Positions 46,716 to 47,413 of a DNA stretch of 47,413 nucleotides are shown one piece after another; the stretch's first letter is position 1, and every line of letters begins with the position of its first letter. Source of the DNA: Octopus bimaculoides. Its lineage: Eukaryota. Made by a program: the position numbers and the translations under genes. The stretch spans positions 48,911,703-48,959,115 of the forward strand of contig NC_068994.1 in the NCBI RefSeq assembly GCF_001194135.2, written 5' to 3'. Under the pieces are notes generated by a model. It worked only from the letters and a program-made list of their open reading frames with translations, did no database searches and had not been told where the DNA came from.

Positions 46716-47413
46716 TATTAATATGGAAATTGGAGTCGTGGAATATAAATCCTTTTCAAGGAAAAATAAAAGAATAGAGAGTGCAACGAAGGGGGAGGTG
46801 GAGGAGTGTTTGAAGGAATTCCAAGAAGATGTGTTGTTTTTTACAAGAGGCAAGACATACGCGTCTGTAGAGATCACATTTGTATCGGAGGAGGCAGCAA
46901 AGAAATACGCCAATAAGACGCTAGCCAAAGGAAATTGGATGCTCTTTCCCAATAAGTTGGGTAGACTTCCAACGTGGATTAGAGTGGGTAGGATCCCACC
47001 GAAAATAGAGTTGTAATGGGTAATAGCAGCAGTTTTTCCTGAAAGAGAAGAAGATGTAAGGATAATTATGATAAGCAGAACCCAACAAATAAATTGCTGG
47101 GGGTATGGATTGAATGTGCTTTTTATAGCAAGTCAGAAAGTTTATAGTGACATACCGGAGACACCAGAGCTGCCTAACGAGGACAAACTGGACATAATGT
47201 TGGAGGGGAGACCTCCAAAGTGCTACGAATGTGGTAAAAGAGGTCACATTAGAAGAAGGTGCCCAGAAATGATGGAAAACAAAGAAATGGAAACGCAAGA
47301 AGGCGTGATAGAGGAGAGGAAACAGTCACAGGAAGAGGAGCAGAGAGCTGATTTTGAGGAAGCTAAATCAAGGAAGAGAGAAAGGAGGAGCTCATCGCCG
47401 AAAATCGAACAAG
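46705..47413 (+). pseudogene. Decayed non-LTR retrotransposon ORF1/gag-like protein (RRM-like region plus CCHC zinc knuckle), truncated by the window end
   Basis: One frame is open 46705-47413 except TAA at 47014-47016. It shows RNP1-like GKTYASVEITFVSEEAAKKYA, CYECGKRGHIRRRC (C-x2-C-x4-H-x4-C) at 47221-47262, and a charged E/K/R tail. Confidence 0.75.

Noticed and set aside
1-47413. CRISPR arrays, rRNA genes or prokaryote-type operons
   Set aside because: None seen; the short repeats are SSRs or TE-derived and the sequence is clearly eukaryotic.

Overview
AT-rich, gap-riddled draft eukaryotic sequence with dense microsatellites and SINEs. The tRNA-headed SINE families and the PYHCEICGKSF-type zinc-finger array point to a coleoid cephalopod, probably Octopus (inference). 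Three protein-level loci are supported. (1) A very large + strand gene of roughly 3,300-3,470 codons: coding exon ~19467-27195 (interrupted by an assembly gap), a phase-2 GT-AG intron 27196-28200, and last exon 28201-30883. It encodes a mostly low-complexity protein with a divergent Ski/Sno/Dac (DHD) domain, a c-Ski SMAD4-binding SAND-like Zn module and two HCF-1-binding-type motifs (DHSYC, DHDYC). (2) A - strand C2H2 zinc-finger gene with a single coding ORF (40448-42049; 17 complete fingers plus a decayed 18th). (3) A decayed LINE ORF1-like reading frame (RRM-like region plus CCHC knuckle, one in-frame stop) running off the right edge, preceded by a 79-bp inverted repeat. The rest is intronic or intergenic DNA with tRNA-derived SINEs, piggyBac-type and hAT-type MITEs, and mariner and RTE LINE remnants. 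No tRNA, rRNA or CRISPR features were found. Domain calls come from recalled motif alignment, not database searches.
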